From: Alkalispirochaeta sp.
Lineage (GTDB): Bacteria; Spirochaetota; Spirochaetia; DSM-27196; Alkalispirochaetaceae
Direction of reading: 5' to 3'
Assembly (NCBI GenBank): GCA_965601925.1
Contig: OZ271854.1
Location: 448,001-512,000 of the forward strand
DNA: 64,000 nucleotides
In this document: piece by piece, positions 37,569 through 46,597 of the stretch
Numbering within the stretch: position 1 is the first letter of the stretch
Layout: each line of letters starts with the position of its first letter
The notes under the pieces: generated by a model
Told to the model about the DNA's origin: nothing
The model's input: only the letters and a program-made list of their open reading frames with translations
Database searches by the model: none
Program-made: the position numbers and the translations under genes

Positions 37569-39082
37569 ACACTTTCCCCTTTCGTTTTGGTTTTGAGTTT
37601 TCCTATGACACTTCGAATGATTGGTGAAAGAATCGTGATACACAAAAAGACGATGAGCACCGCGGCGATCGGGCGCTGGAAGAATATCAATACGCTTCCA
37701 TCGGAGATCTGCAGGGCTTGGCGAAAACTGCGCTCCAGAGTCGGCGCAAGCACGAAGGCCAACAGGAGCGGAGCAATCGGATAGCCGTGTTTCTTAAGGA
37801 GAAACCCGACGATACCCGCAATGAGCATGATGATGATTCCATACAGCGAATTATTGGCGCTGTAGCTCCCCATAACGCAGATCGTAGTGATGACCGGTAT
37901 CATGACCCGAACCGGCACCTTCAAGATCTGGATCAGCCACGGAATGATCATGAGCGCGACGATGAGCGTCACGATGTTGGCGACGTACAGCGACGCGATC
38001 AGCCCCCAGGTAAACTCGGGCTGATTCTGAAAGAGTAGCGGACCCGGGTTGAGTCCGTACATGAGAAGTCCGCCGAGCAACACTGCGCCGGTTCCCGATC
38101 CGGGTATTCCGAGTGAGAGGAGCGGGGCGAATGCACCGGCGGCGGCGGAGTTGTTTCCCGCTTCGGCCGCGGCGACCCCCTCGATCCGCCCCGTACCTAA
38201 AAGGTGGCCCTGCTTGCCGAGGCGTTTCTCCTGCATGTAACTCAAAAACGCGCCGGTCGTCGCACCGGCGCCCGGCAGCACCCCGATGATCGTTCCGAGA
38301 AAGCTCGAACGGACGGCGGGCGGCAAAATCCTTCGTACTTCGTCCTTCGATAACAGACTTTCGCGGAGGGTGAGCTTTTTGGTATCGAAGTCGCGCGGTT
38401 TGTTACGCAGCTCCATCATCTCGAGCACTTGTGAGAATCCGAATATGCCGATCACCAGCGGTATGAACGGTATACCGCCCAAGAGGTAGATCGAGCCGAA
38501 ATCGTAGCGCGGCGTCCCCACTACCGCATCGAACCCGATCGTCGCCAGAATAATGCCCAGAAGGGTCGACACGATGCCCTTCGCCGGATTGTCTCCCAAC
38601 AGCCACCCGAGAGACGTCATGGCGACCATCAGGAGCGCGGCCATCTCGACGGGACCGAACCGCAGCCCGAAGCGCGCGAGACCGGGACCGATGGCGGTCA
38701 GGATGACGATGCCGATCGTTCCGCCGATAAAGGAGGCTATGTTGGACGTGAACAGGGCCGTTCCCGGCTTTCCCTTTTGGGCCAACGGATAGCCGTCGAG
38801 CCCCGTCATGACCGCCGGTGTATCCCCGGGAATATTGATGAGTATTGCGCTGTATGATCCGCCGTACATGTTGGCGTAGTAGATCGCCGAGAGCATGATC
38901 ATGCCCGTGATCGGATTGAACTGGAACGTCAACGGTAGCAGAAGCGCGACACCGGCAAGCGACCCGATGCCGGGCATCGCGCCGACGAGAATTCCCAATA
39001 TTGCACCGGCTGCGGCCGCAAAAAAGTTCTGAAACGAAAGAGCGACGGCGAATCCGCCGAAGAGCAGTTGTAACGTTTCCAT
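37565..39082 (-). CDS. tctA: Tripartite tricarboxylate transporter permease
   Basis: GAMPGIG, YGGSYSAILINIPG, DGYPLA, AAEAGNN, PLLSLGIPGS, PGPLLF. Confidence 0.96.
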   Translation of the reverse strand: METLQLLFGGFAVALSFQNFFAAAAGAILGILVGAMPGIGSLAGVALLLPLTFQFNPITGMIMLSAIYYANMYGGSYSAILINIPGDTPAVMTGLDGYPLAQKGKPGTALFTSNIASFIGGTIGIVILTAIGPGLARFGLRFGPVEMAALLMVAMTSLGWLLGDNPAKGIVSTLLGIILATIGFDAVVGTPRYDFGSIYLLGGIPFIPLVIGIFGFSQVLEMMELRNKPRDFDTKKLTLRESLLSKDEVRRILPPAVRSSFLGTIIGVLPGAGATTGAFLSYMQEKRLGKQGHLLGTGRIEGVAAAEAGNNSAAAGAFAPLLSLGIPGSGTGAVLLGGLLMYGLNPGPLLFQNQPEFTWGLIASLYVANIVTLIVALMIIPWLIQILKVPVRVMIPVITTICVMGSYSANNSLYGIIIMLIAGIVGFLLKKHGYPIAPLLLAFVLAPTLERSFRQALQISDGSVLIFFQRPIAAVLIVFLCITILSPIIRSVIGKLKTKTKGESV

Positions 39083-39084
39083 CG

Positions 39085-39534
39085 CTACCGACCTATGGCC
39101 TCGAGAATCGCACCTTGAGGGAACGGCACGCGTAGCCAGATGGAGAACACCGCGTACATCGACGCGATCGTAATGGCGGTTATGAGCGCGGCGAAACGCC
39201 CGGTATATTTCTCATACCACTTGAGCCAACTGAAGACGTACACCGTCAAGGCGGGGAAAAAGCCGACTAAGAGTACCAGCAGGACAATCGCTACGACCGC
39301 CGCAATCGGAAAGAAGTGAGATGGAAAGAATGCGGGAGACGTTCCTTTGAGCTCTCCCCACACCGTGATAACACTAACCAGTACGAGCACGCCCCCGACG
39401 AAGGAGGGGAAAAACCCGCTTCCCGGTCGACCGTCAGTCCACCATCCGTGGTAGGCGATACCGACTATGACCCACACGAGCCCGATACAAGCCGTAATCG
39501 CCGGTAGGAACACTTTGGAGTTAAGGTGCGTCAC
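39085..39534 (-). CDS. tctB: TctB-family small permease subunit
   Basis: PGSGFFP, several TM helices, LRVPFP.G; AAGGAGG RBS before GTG. Confidence 0.85.
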   Translation of the reverse strand: MTHLNSKVFLPAITACIGLVWVIVGIAYHGWWTDGRPGSGFFPSFVGGVLVLVSVITVWGELKGTSPAFFPSHFFPIAAVVAIVLLVLLVGFFPALTVYVFSWLKWYEKYTGRFAALITAITIASMYAVFSIWLRVPFPQGAILEAIGR

Positions 39535-39552
39535 TCGACCTCCTTTTCGTAT

Positions 39553-39564
39553 ATGGTATACCAT
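39553..39564. promoter_or_regulatory. Palindromic GntR/FadR-type operator in the tct promoter
   Basis: ATGGTATACCAT, overlapping the -10 of a minus-strand TTGACA promoter (39580-39575). Confidence 0.7.
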
Positions 39565-39779
39565 TACAAACACCTGTCAAGAGAAAAAGGGTACCAAACC
39601 GCTCTTAGAACCGATAACAACAATGCAATGCTTCGCACAAGGCGCCTCTTTGCCGAAAATAGTGCTATAAATACCATTACATACACCGAAAGTACCATTC
39701 ATGTGATGCGCATGGAAAAATTGACAGGTGTTACCGTCCGACTATAGTATATGATATACAATAATGAAAGGAGCACACT

Positions 39780-40160
39780 ATGCATATTATCCATGAAGAT
39801 GATGTTCACGGCGATCACATCGAGGCGCCCTTCAAGCGCGTTATTAAGCACCTTTCGTCGCCGTGGACGTTAGGGAGCAAGAATCTGTGGGTCGGCACCT
39901 CAACGGTGGAGCCCGGCAACAAGACCAATGCCCACTCCCACGACGTCAACGAGGAGGTATTCTACTGTGTCAGCGGAACGGGCATTATGATCGTGGACGA
40001 GGAGGAGCGGGAATACACCGCCGGATCGGTCGTCTACGTCCCGCCGGGCTGCGTGCATCAAGTAGTCAACACCGGTGACGTGCCCCTCAAGTCGGTCTGT
40101 GCGGTCTCGCCGCCCTTCGAGCAGCAACAGTTTCGCGATGACCACGACATGGAGAGCTGA
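39780..40160 (+). CDS. Cupin-domain protein
   Basis: AHSHD..EEVFY..SG.G and VYVPPG..HQV.N.G; AAGGAG RBS. Confidence 0.92.
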   Translation: MHIIHEDDVHGDHIEAPFKRVIKHLSSPWTLGSKNLWVGTSTVEPGNKTNAHSHDVNEEVFYCVSGTGIMIVDEEEREYTAGSVVYVPPGCVHQVVNTGDVPLKSVCAVSPPFEQQQFRDDHDMES

Positions 40161-40203
40161 TCGCGACGCTCGGTAACACCGGCCGGATCGACGGCCGCGA
40201 CGG

Positions 40204-40626
40204 TCACCGATGCTCGTCGCCGTATACCGCGCCATCTATCCGGCTGTCGGCCACACGTTGGGCCAACTGCAGCAGGTTGCCCTCGGGGTCGCGAAAAAAC
40301 GCCACCCTGCTCCCTTCGTAGACCGTAAAGATCTCCCGTTCCAGAACGACGCCGCGCTCCCGCAACCCACGTTCGGCCGCCTCGATATCGCGCACGGAAA
40401 AACAGACGTGGACGTGATCATTCGGCGCGGCCGCCGACTCTCCGGCGGGAACCAACTCCAGGAGCGCACCGCCGCCGAAACGCAGAAAAATGACCGCCGG
40501 TGTGTCCGTACCCCGCGACACCTCTACCGCTCCGAACGTTTCGCCGTACCACGCCGCAAGCGCTTCGGGATCTCGGGCGAGTACGCCGACGTGCTCTACT
40601 CCGTATACGCCGATCGGTGCGCTCAT
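40204..40626 (-). CDS. VOC/glyoxalase-family protein
   Basis: EHVGV, LLELV, HVCFSV.DI, FFRDPEGNLLQL. Confidence 0.9.
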   Translation of the reverse strand: MSAPIGVYGVEHVGVLARDPEALAAWYGETFGAVEVSRGTDTPAVIFLRFGGGALLELVPAGESAAAPNDHVHVCFSVRDIEAAERGLRERGVVLEREIFTVYEGSRVAFFRDPEGNLLQLAQRVADSRIDGAVYGDEHR

Positions 40627-41648
40627 GCGGCACCCCGTCGCACCATCTCCGAAACCACGGAGACGGCGTTTTTCAACGCCTGATGGTTCGCCTTCCCGGT
40701 ACCTTTTAGATCGAAGGCGGTCCCGTGGGCCGCAGTAGCGATCGGGACTGCCATCCCGGGGTGAAACGTGACGCCGCGCTCCAGTCCGATCAACTTGGTG
40801 GCGATCTGGAGTTGATCGTGATACATACCGACCACTCCGGTGTAGTCGCCCTTCAGTACCCGTGGGAAGAGGGTGTCTGCGGGCAGCGGGCCTTCGATGT
40901 GCCACCGGCGGTGCTTCTGAGCGACCCGCTCGATCGCCGGTGCGATCAGGCGCCCCTCCTCGTCGCCGAACATGCCGTGCTCGCCGGCGTGGGGGTTGAG
41001 GGCGGCAACGGCGAGGCGCGGCGTAATACCGGCGGTATCCTGCGCCTCACCCAGGAGGGTGATCGTCCGGGATATCCGCTCAACGCTGAGAGTTCGAGCG
41101 ATGTCGGCAACGGGTATATGGGAGGTCACCCGCGCGAGCCACATACCGTCCAGTACATTGAACTCTCCGGTGATGTCCGGTCGACCGAACTGCTCTTTGA
41201 AGAGCTCCAACTCCGAGTAGTGCTCGCAGCCGGCGAGATGCATCGACTCTTTGTTAAACGGGGCAAAGACAATCCCGTCAACCTTGCCGTCCTTGGCGAA
41301 ACCGATCGACTGCATCAGAGACGCCAGAACCTCGCGCCCCGCCGCCTCGCTCACCTCGCGCCGCGGGATGGACGGCGTATCCTCGGTTCGATAGTCCCAA
41401 AACAGAACCGATTCGTCGGACGCATCCACCTCGTCGAAAGACGAAACGGTGGGAAGCTCGACCGGCCTCTTCGTCGCCTCGCCCGCCTCCCGAAGAACGC
41501 GGCCGTCACCGGTGAGAACGACTTGCACACCGGAAGCGACATCCGCCAACTCGTGCGCCACTTTGACGCATAACTCGGGACCGACGCCGGCGGTATCGCC
41601 GAACAGTAGTTGTATTCTCGGTCTCAACGCTTTCTCCTTTTGACGCAC
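40623..41648 (-). CDS. PdxA-family dehydrogenase (PdxA2-like, 4-phospho sugar-acid)
   Basis: GD.AGVGPE, APFNK, VTSHIP, ALNPHAGE.G.FG.EE, GP.PADT.F, MYHDQ, AHGTAFD. Confidence 0.9.
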   Translation of the reverse strand: MRQKEKALRPRIQLLFGDTAGVGPELCVKVAHELADVASGVQVVLTGDGRVLREAGEATKRPVELPTVSSFDEVDASDESVLFWDYRTEDTPSIPRREVSEAAGREVLASLMQSIGFAKDGKVDGIVFAPFNKESMHLAGCEHYSELELFKEQFGRPDITGEFNVLDGMWLARVTSHIPVADIARTLSVERISRTITLLGEAQDTAGITPRLAVAALNPHAGEHGMFGDEEGRLIAPAIERVAQKHRRWHIEGPLPADTLFPRVLKGDYTGVVGMYHDQLQIATKLIGLERGVTFHPGMAVPIATAAHGTAFDLKGTGKANHQALKNAVSVVSEMVRRGAA

Positions 41649-41661
41649 GTAACCGACCGCG

Positions 41662-42333
41662 TCACGCCATAAGATCCCAGTTCGCCAGATCGTGGACGAT
41701 ATGTATACGAAGCAGCTCGTCTATGGCGCTGCACCGCTCGGTCCTCAACATCTCGACGATGTCGAAGTGCTGTCGCATGTAAATCTCGAGGCGCTCCACC
41801 GCAACGTCCTGGGCTATGCGGAGCAGCTGCACTTTGCCGTCGAACTGGCGGTATATCATCGCAAGCTGTCCGTTCCCGCACGCCTCGGCCACGCTCTGGT
41901 GAAAGAGCGAATCCGCCTCGAAGTACGCCGCCTTATCTTTACGCGCCAACGCGTCTCGCGCTTCCTCGGCGATCTTACCGAGGCGATCGACGGCGTCGTG
42001 ATCGTTGCGGGCGCATAGGAGTCGAAACGCAAACTGCTCGAGGTGGAGGCGTACCTGCGCGATCTCGTTCGCCTCCCGCGCGCCGATACGCACGACCTCG
42101 GCGTAGCTGCGCGGCTGCAAATAGACCAACCCGTAGATCTGCAGGCGTGTAAGGGCTTCCCGAATCGGGGTGCGACTCACCCCAAACCGCTGCGCAATCT
42201 TGTCCTCGACGATTTTATCGCCCTGTTTCAACTCACCGGAAAGAATCAACTCTTTGATGTAGTGATATACCTGATCGGCATAACTCTGTCGCACCATCCG
42301 GTTGCCGGACGTCGTACTAAATTGCGTAGCCAC
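41662..42333 (-). CDS. GntR-family regulator with FCD domain
   Basis: FGVSRTPIREAL wHTH; D..FH and H..I FCD residues. Confidence 0.93.
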   Translation of the reverse strand: MATQFSTTSGNRMVRQSYADQVYHYIKELILSGELKQGDKIVEDKIAQRFGVSRTPIREALTRLQIYGLVYLQPRSYAEVVRIGAREANEIAQVRLHLEQFAFRLLCARNDHDAVDRLGKIAEEARDALARKDKAAYFEADSLFHQSVAEACGNGQLAMIYRQFDGKVQLLRIAQDVAVERLEIYMRQHFDIVEMLRTERCSAIDELLRIHIVHDLANWDLMA

Positions 42334-42436
42334 TCTTCACCTCCATCTCTGTAACACCGTTAGATCTGCGATTGTACACAATTTTATGCACTTCGGCGTT
42401 GACAGAGAATTCGATCGGCCCTTACCATGGTAGTGA

Positions 42437-42448
42437 ATGGTATTCCAT
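42437..42448. promoter_or_regulatory. Second GntR-type operator
   Basis: ATGGTATTCCAT, 11/12 identical to the 39553 site, in the gntR/hps-like divergent region downstream of TTGACA (42399). Confidence 0.65.
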
Positions 42449-42480
42449 ATACAATTTACGGTCAAGCAGGAGTGTAGTGA

Positions 42481-43155
42481 ATGAAAAAACCTTGGATCCA
42501 AGTCTCCATCGACACGCAAGATATACCGACAGCATTCACGCACGTGGACCACGCCCTCGCGATTGACGCCGAATGGATCGAGGTCGGGACGCCGCTTTTG
42601 ACCTTTGCCGGAGTGCGCTCAATCGGCGAGGTGGTTTCCAAAGTCGGCGACAGAACGGTCCTCGTCGACTTCAAAGCGTTGGACGGCGTGGCCCAATACT
42701 TCCAAGTGGCCGGCAAACTTGGGGCGCGGGTCGCAACGGTTATGGCGGTGGCCAACGAGGCGAGTATCGTACGGGCGATCCAAGCGGGTCACGAGGCCGG
42801 CGTACAGGTGCAGGTAGACATGCTGGGCGTTCCCAGCCCCGATCTTGCCTCCCGTGCGTCGGAGATCGCGGCGATGGGCGCCGACTACTTCCTGCTCCAT
42901 CTCGCGATCGACGAGCTCACGCGCAACCCCGACGCCGACCCCCTTGCGGGAATCGATGAGCTGGTCGGTGCGAGCGATGTTCCCGTCGGGCCGGTGGTAT
43001 TCAGCGCCGAGCAGGGCATCGAGGCCGTACGACGGGGCGCATCGTATCTGGTCATCGGCCATCCGCTCATTACGATGCCCGACGCCCGGCGCCAGCTCAC
43101 CGCCTTTGCCGACGCTGTGCGGCAAAACGGCGCGGCGGCGGGCTCCGAACGTTGA
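42481..43155 (+). CDS. OMP decarboxylase/HUMPS superfamily (hexulose-6-P synthase or 3-keto-gulonate-6-P decarboxylase-like)
   Basis: IQVSID, WIEVGTPL, VLVDFK.LD, LLHLAID. Confidence 0.8.
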   Translation: MKKPWIQVSIDTQDIPTAFTHVDHALAIDAEWIEVGTPLLTFAGVRSIGEVVSKVGDRTVLVDFKALDGVAQYFQVAGKLGARVATVMAVANEASIVRAIQAGHEAGVQVQVDMLGVPSPDLASRASEIAAMGADYFLLHLAIDELTRNPDADPLAGIDELVGASDVPVGPVVFSAEQGIEAVRRGASYLVIGHPLITMPDARRQLTAFADAVRQNGAAAGSER

Positions 43156-43159
43156 AGCG

Positions 43160-44209
43160 ATGCAGTGCGTCTCCCTCGGACTCGACGGTCCCGACATCTC
43201 TCAGGTTGCACTCGGCACCTGGACCTTCGCGGGCGATGCGATCTGGGGCGCGACCGAGGAGAGTCTGTGCATTCGAGTAGTGCACGCCGCGGCGGACCGG
43301 GGCATTACCCTCTTTGACACGGCACCGAACTACGGAGACGGGCGCAGTGAGCACATCCTCGGGAAGGCGTTGTGGCGGCGCAGCGACGCGTACGTCGCGA
43401 CCAAACTTAAAATAGAGGGCAAGAGCCCTCAAGATATCAGGATCGCGACGATAGAGAGCCTGCGACGGCTCCACCGCGATACGATCGATCTTATGCAGAT
43501 CCACTGGCCCGCCTCCTCATCCGACGAGACGGCGGAGGCGCTGGAGACCCTCGCACGGATGCGTAGAGAGGGCCTCATTCGACACATCGGTGTATGCAAC
43601 TTCGGCGTCTACGATCTCGCCGAGTTGCAGGACGTGCCGGTCGTCAGTAATCAGCTCCCCTACAGCGCGCTATGGCGCGTCATAGAGGAGGACATCGCCG
43701 CAGAGAGCGTCGCGCGAGGGCTGACGACCGTCGCCTACAGCGTCCTTCAACAGGGGCTTTTGAGCGGCGCTTACGAGAATCTGGCTGCGTTTCCAGACGA
43801 GAGGAAGCGTACGCGGCACTTCGATCAAAAATGGCCAGCGGTGCGTCATAGCGAGCCGGGCATGGAGAACGAGACTGAAGGCGCCCTGGGAGCGCTCCGG
43901 ACGTTGAGTCGCGCACTCGATCGGCCGCTGTGGGAGATTGCCCTCGCCTTCGTTCGCTCGCGCCCCTTCATCGACGTCATGCTCATCGGCGCACGCACCG
44001 AGGAGCAACTCGTCCGTAGCGTCGAGGCGGCCGAGTCGGATCTATCGGAAGTCGATGTACGCGGTGTGGAGGGGGCGACCGCGGAACTCCTCGCCGCCGC
44101 CGGAGGCAACCCCGATATGTACCTCACCGAATCGCGCATACGATTTCGCGGTCCGGACGGCACAGCGACCCGACGGGTGGCGCGTACTCCGCCGGACGCA
44201 TCGTCCTAA
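43160..44209 (+). CDS. Aldo/keto reductase
   Basis: ALGTW, FDTAPNYGDG.SE, ATK, IDLMQIHWP, IGVCNF, NQLPYS. Confidence 0.93.
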   Translation: MQCVSLGLDGPDISQVALGTWTFAGDAIWGATEESLCIRVVHAAADRGITLFDTAPNYGDGRSEHILGKALWRRSDAYVATKLKIEGKSPQDIRIATIESLRRLHRDTIDLMQIHWPASSSDETAEALETLARMRREGLIRHIGVCNFGVYDLAELQDVPVVSNQLPYSALWRVIEEDIAAESVARGLTTVAYSVLQQGLLSGAYENLAAFPDERKRTRHFDQKWPAVRHSEPGMENETEGALGALRTLSRALDRPLWEIALAFVRSRPFIDVMLIGARTEEQLVRSVEAAESDLSEVDVRGVEGATAELLAAAGGNPDMYLTESRIRFRGPDGTATRRVARTPPDASS

Positions 44210-44237
44210 TCGCCCGTTCCGACGGCCGTCATTGCGC

Positions 44238-45281
44238 CTACCCCTTGCTTCGGGCGTGAGAGCGAAGCTTGCGGCGCGTGTTGCGACTGCGCGACTGGGC
44301 GCGCGCCGACCGTTCGGCCTCAGCGAGGCGCCGGCGCCTCCGTTCCCACCACGAGAAGGCCACCAGGAGACCCACGCCGACAAGAATCATGAGACCGCTC
44401 CAAAACTGGCTGGCGATGAAGTTCCACGGCGTAAGAAGGCGGTACGGCGGTATCGTAGGATCGGCGGCAAGGCGAATCCAGTAATCGCTTCCGAGGGGCA
44501 TGCGGAAGTAGTCGATGAGAAATCGCCACGCCCCGTACCACAAAACGTAAAACGCAATGATGAATCCGCGATAGGGAATGCGCTTTCTCAGGAGGAACCA
44601 AATCACGAGCCACGCGAGGATACCCTCCGTGAATCCCTCGTAGAGCTGCGTGGGATGGCGCGGGAGGTTGACCATCGCCTCCGCATCGGCGGGGATGGGC
44701 ATCCCGACGGCGTCCATCGTCTCCCGTACCCACGGCTCGGTTACCGAAAAGAGACGCGCGTGAGGGAACACTACGCCCCACGATGCGGTGGTAACCCGCC
44801 CGAAGAGTTCGCCGTTGATGAAGTTTCCGAGACGACCGAACGTATACCCCAACGGTACGGCCGCGACGATCATATCGCCCAACGCAAGCAGATCGAGGCG
44901 TTTGACGCGGGCGTATATCCCGAATCCGGCGACCGCGCCGAGGAGACCGCCGTAGAAGTTCATACCTTGAAGGCCGATGAAGGCACCGCTGTCGTCGAAG
45001 GGCAGGATGATGCGGTGGGGGTTGCGCCAATAGAACCACGTCTCGTCGAAGATGAGCGTCGCGAAGAGTCGAGCGCCCACAAGAAGACCGACAACTCCCC
45101 AAAAGAAGAAATCGATGAGCCGGTTATCTGAGATATCGAGACCCTGCTCGGCGATCTGGTAGCGCGTGAGAAACCACGTTGTGACGAATGCGATGAGATA
45201 CATGAGGCCGTACCACTGAAAGGGCAATCCGGGAATGATCTCCGGACTGATCCACTCAGGGAACGGTATGTAAAGAACCAT
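44238..45281 (-). CDS. lgt: Prolipoprotein diacylglyceryl transferase
   Basis: WYGLMY, GARL, GM.FYGGL.G, GRLGNFINGELFGR, RHPTQLYE, RFLIDYFR. Confidence 0.96.
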   Translation of the reverse strand: MVLYIPFPEWISPEIIPGLPFQWYGLMYLIAFVTTWFLTRYQIAEQGLDISDNRLIDFFFWGVVGLLVGARLFATLIFDETWFYWRNPHRIILPFDDSGAFIGLQGMNFYGGLLGAVAGFGIYARVKRLDLLALGDMIVAAVPLGYTFGRLGNFINGELFGRVTTASWGVVFPHARLFSVTEPWVRETMDAVGMPIPADAEAMVNLPRHPTQLYEGFTEGILAWLVIWFLLRKRIPYRGFIIAFYVLWYGAWRFLIDYFRMPLGSDYWIRLAADPTIPPYRLLTPWNFIASQFWSGLMILVGVGLLVAFSWWERRRRRLAEAERSARAQSRSRNTRRKLRSHARSKG

Positions 45282-46380
45282 ATGACTCCTCTCCGCGCGT
45301 GGGTGTGTACGGTGCCGCGCTGCCGCCGCTGCCGTGGTCGCGCTCCAACTCGGCTGCGGCGGACCGACGCGCGCGCTCGGTACCGAGCTCGGGAATATCC
45401 AGCGCCTCGGCAAGGCGCGTAAGTTGCTCGTGAGGGCGCTTCATCAACTCGCTATGCTCGATATGCGGTACATCGAAGGCCTCCGGATGGCGGTACCATC
45501 GTTCCACGAGCTGCGTAACGATCCTGCGCGGCGCGGCGGCTCCCCTCCTCCCCCCGAGGAGCGAGAACCACACGCCGAACCAGCGCAGGGTGGAGCGGAG
45601 CGTCGCCTCGGCGTCGCGCTCGGCCACGACGAAACGCGCGTCGGGAAACTCCTCCCGCAGGGTGTCCATCGCACCGGTGAAGGCGGGATTCTTGGAGAGA
45701 AAGATCGGACGGACGGACGCACCGGGGCGACGGCGCGCATGGGCGTAGAGGTGCTTCCGAACCAGGTCGCCGTAGAACCGAACGGCAAGACGACGCCGAC
45801 GCGGCGGCAGCTCGTCGAGCATTGCGACCGCCGGAACGTCGTTGCGACGGGGAAAGACGAACCAGGTGAAGAAGCCCGACCACACATACAGAAGCGCTCC
45901 GGCGTCCTCTTCCGGTGCAAAGAGGTCGATCGGGTGGTACGGAACCGAGCGAAGGCGTCGATTCATTCGATGTACGATGCTCCCGATCGGCGAACCGAGG
46001 GCGCGATCGAGATGCGCCGCCGCTCTCCAAAAGAGGCGTTGGCTCACCGTCGGCGCCAGATAGATCTCCCACGTCGCCGGAGAGCTCGCCGCCGGGACGC
46101 CTCGAGAAAGCATACGCAGCAAAAGCGTCGTGCCGCTGCGAAAGTTGCCCACGACAAAGAGCGGTCGCTCGACACGCTGGCTCCGCCAGGCGGGAAAGAG
46201 GAGCGCGTCGAGGAGCCAAAAGAGGCGGATACTCGTTTGCGCATAGACAAAGAGGAGCCCCACGACGAGAAGTACCGCCACGCGCCGAATCGTAACGGGA
46301 TGGTAGGCTCCGGTGCGGCGGAACACCGCGGCGCGCACATCCGAGGTCAGCTGCGTCCAATCGATCGTGGGCCACGCCAT
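45256..46380 (-). CDS. Sulfotransferase-family protein
   Basis: PLFVVGNFRSGTTLL (PAPS-binding loop), PEED, LSKNP, FPDARFV...RD. Confidence 0.85.
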   Translation of the reverse strand: MAWPTIDWTQLTSDVRAAVFRRTGAYHPVTIRRVAVLLVVGLLFVYAQTSIRLFWLLDALLFPAWRSQRVERPLFVVGNFRSGTTLLLRMLSRGVPAASSPATWEIYLAPTVSQRLFWRAAAHLDRALGSPIGSIVHRMNRRLRSVPYHPIDLFAPEEDAGALLYVWSGFFTWFVFPRRNDVPAVAMLDELPPRRRRLAVRFYGDLVRKHLYAHARRRPGASVRPIFLSKNPAFTGAMDTLREEFPDARFVVAERDAEATLRSTLRWFGVWFSLLGGRRGAAAPRRIVTQLVERWYRHPEAFDVPHIEHSELMKRPHEQLTRLAEALDIPELGTERARRSAAAELERDHGSGGSAAPYTPTRGEESYGSLHTVP

Positions 46381-46597
46381 ATGTGGACGGCAGTTTCACA
46401 GGATTGTGTTAGAACTCCATTCGCATCGCGGTGAATCGTAGGGGCGCAACGGACCGTGCGGTCGAAAGGCGCATATCGGCTATGGTTCCGCCTTCGATCC
46501 GCCGTGCGGATCGACCGGATGCGCAACGATTATCAAGCACATCGTGCAAGACGGTGCTCTCATTACCGTCATTGCTGGAAAAGGAGCACATACCACT

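Noticed and set aside
35508..37784. Long antisense ORFs (758 aa here; also 54245-55921, 45334-46434, 25090-26169)
   Set aside because: Shadow frames opposite well-supported genes in high-GC DNA, with no recognisable motifs.
30748..44209. Genomic island integrated at tRNA-Leu
   Set aside because: No integrase, no duplicated tRNA 3' end seen and no obvious compositional shift.
46265..46275. ACGAGAAGTAC, a seed match to the regulatory guide inside the sulfotransferase gene
   Set aside because: Flanking triplet is GCG rather than TTC and pairing stops at position 11; consistent with chance.
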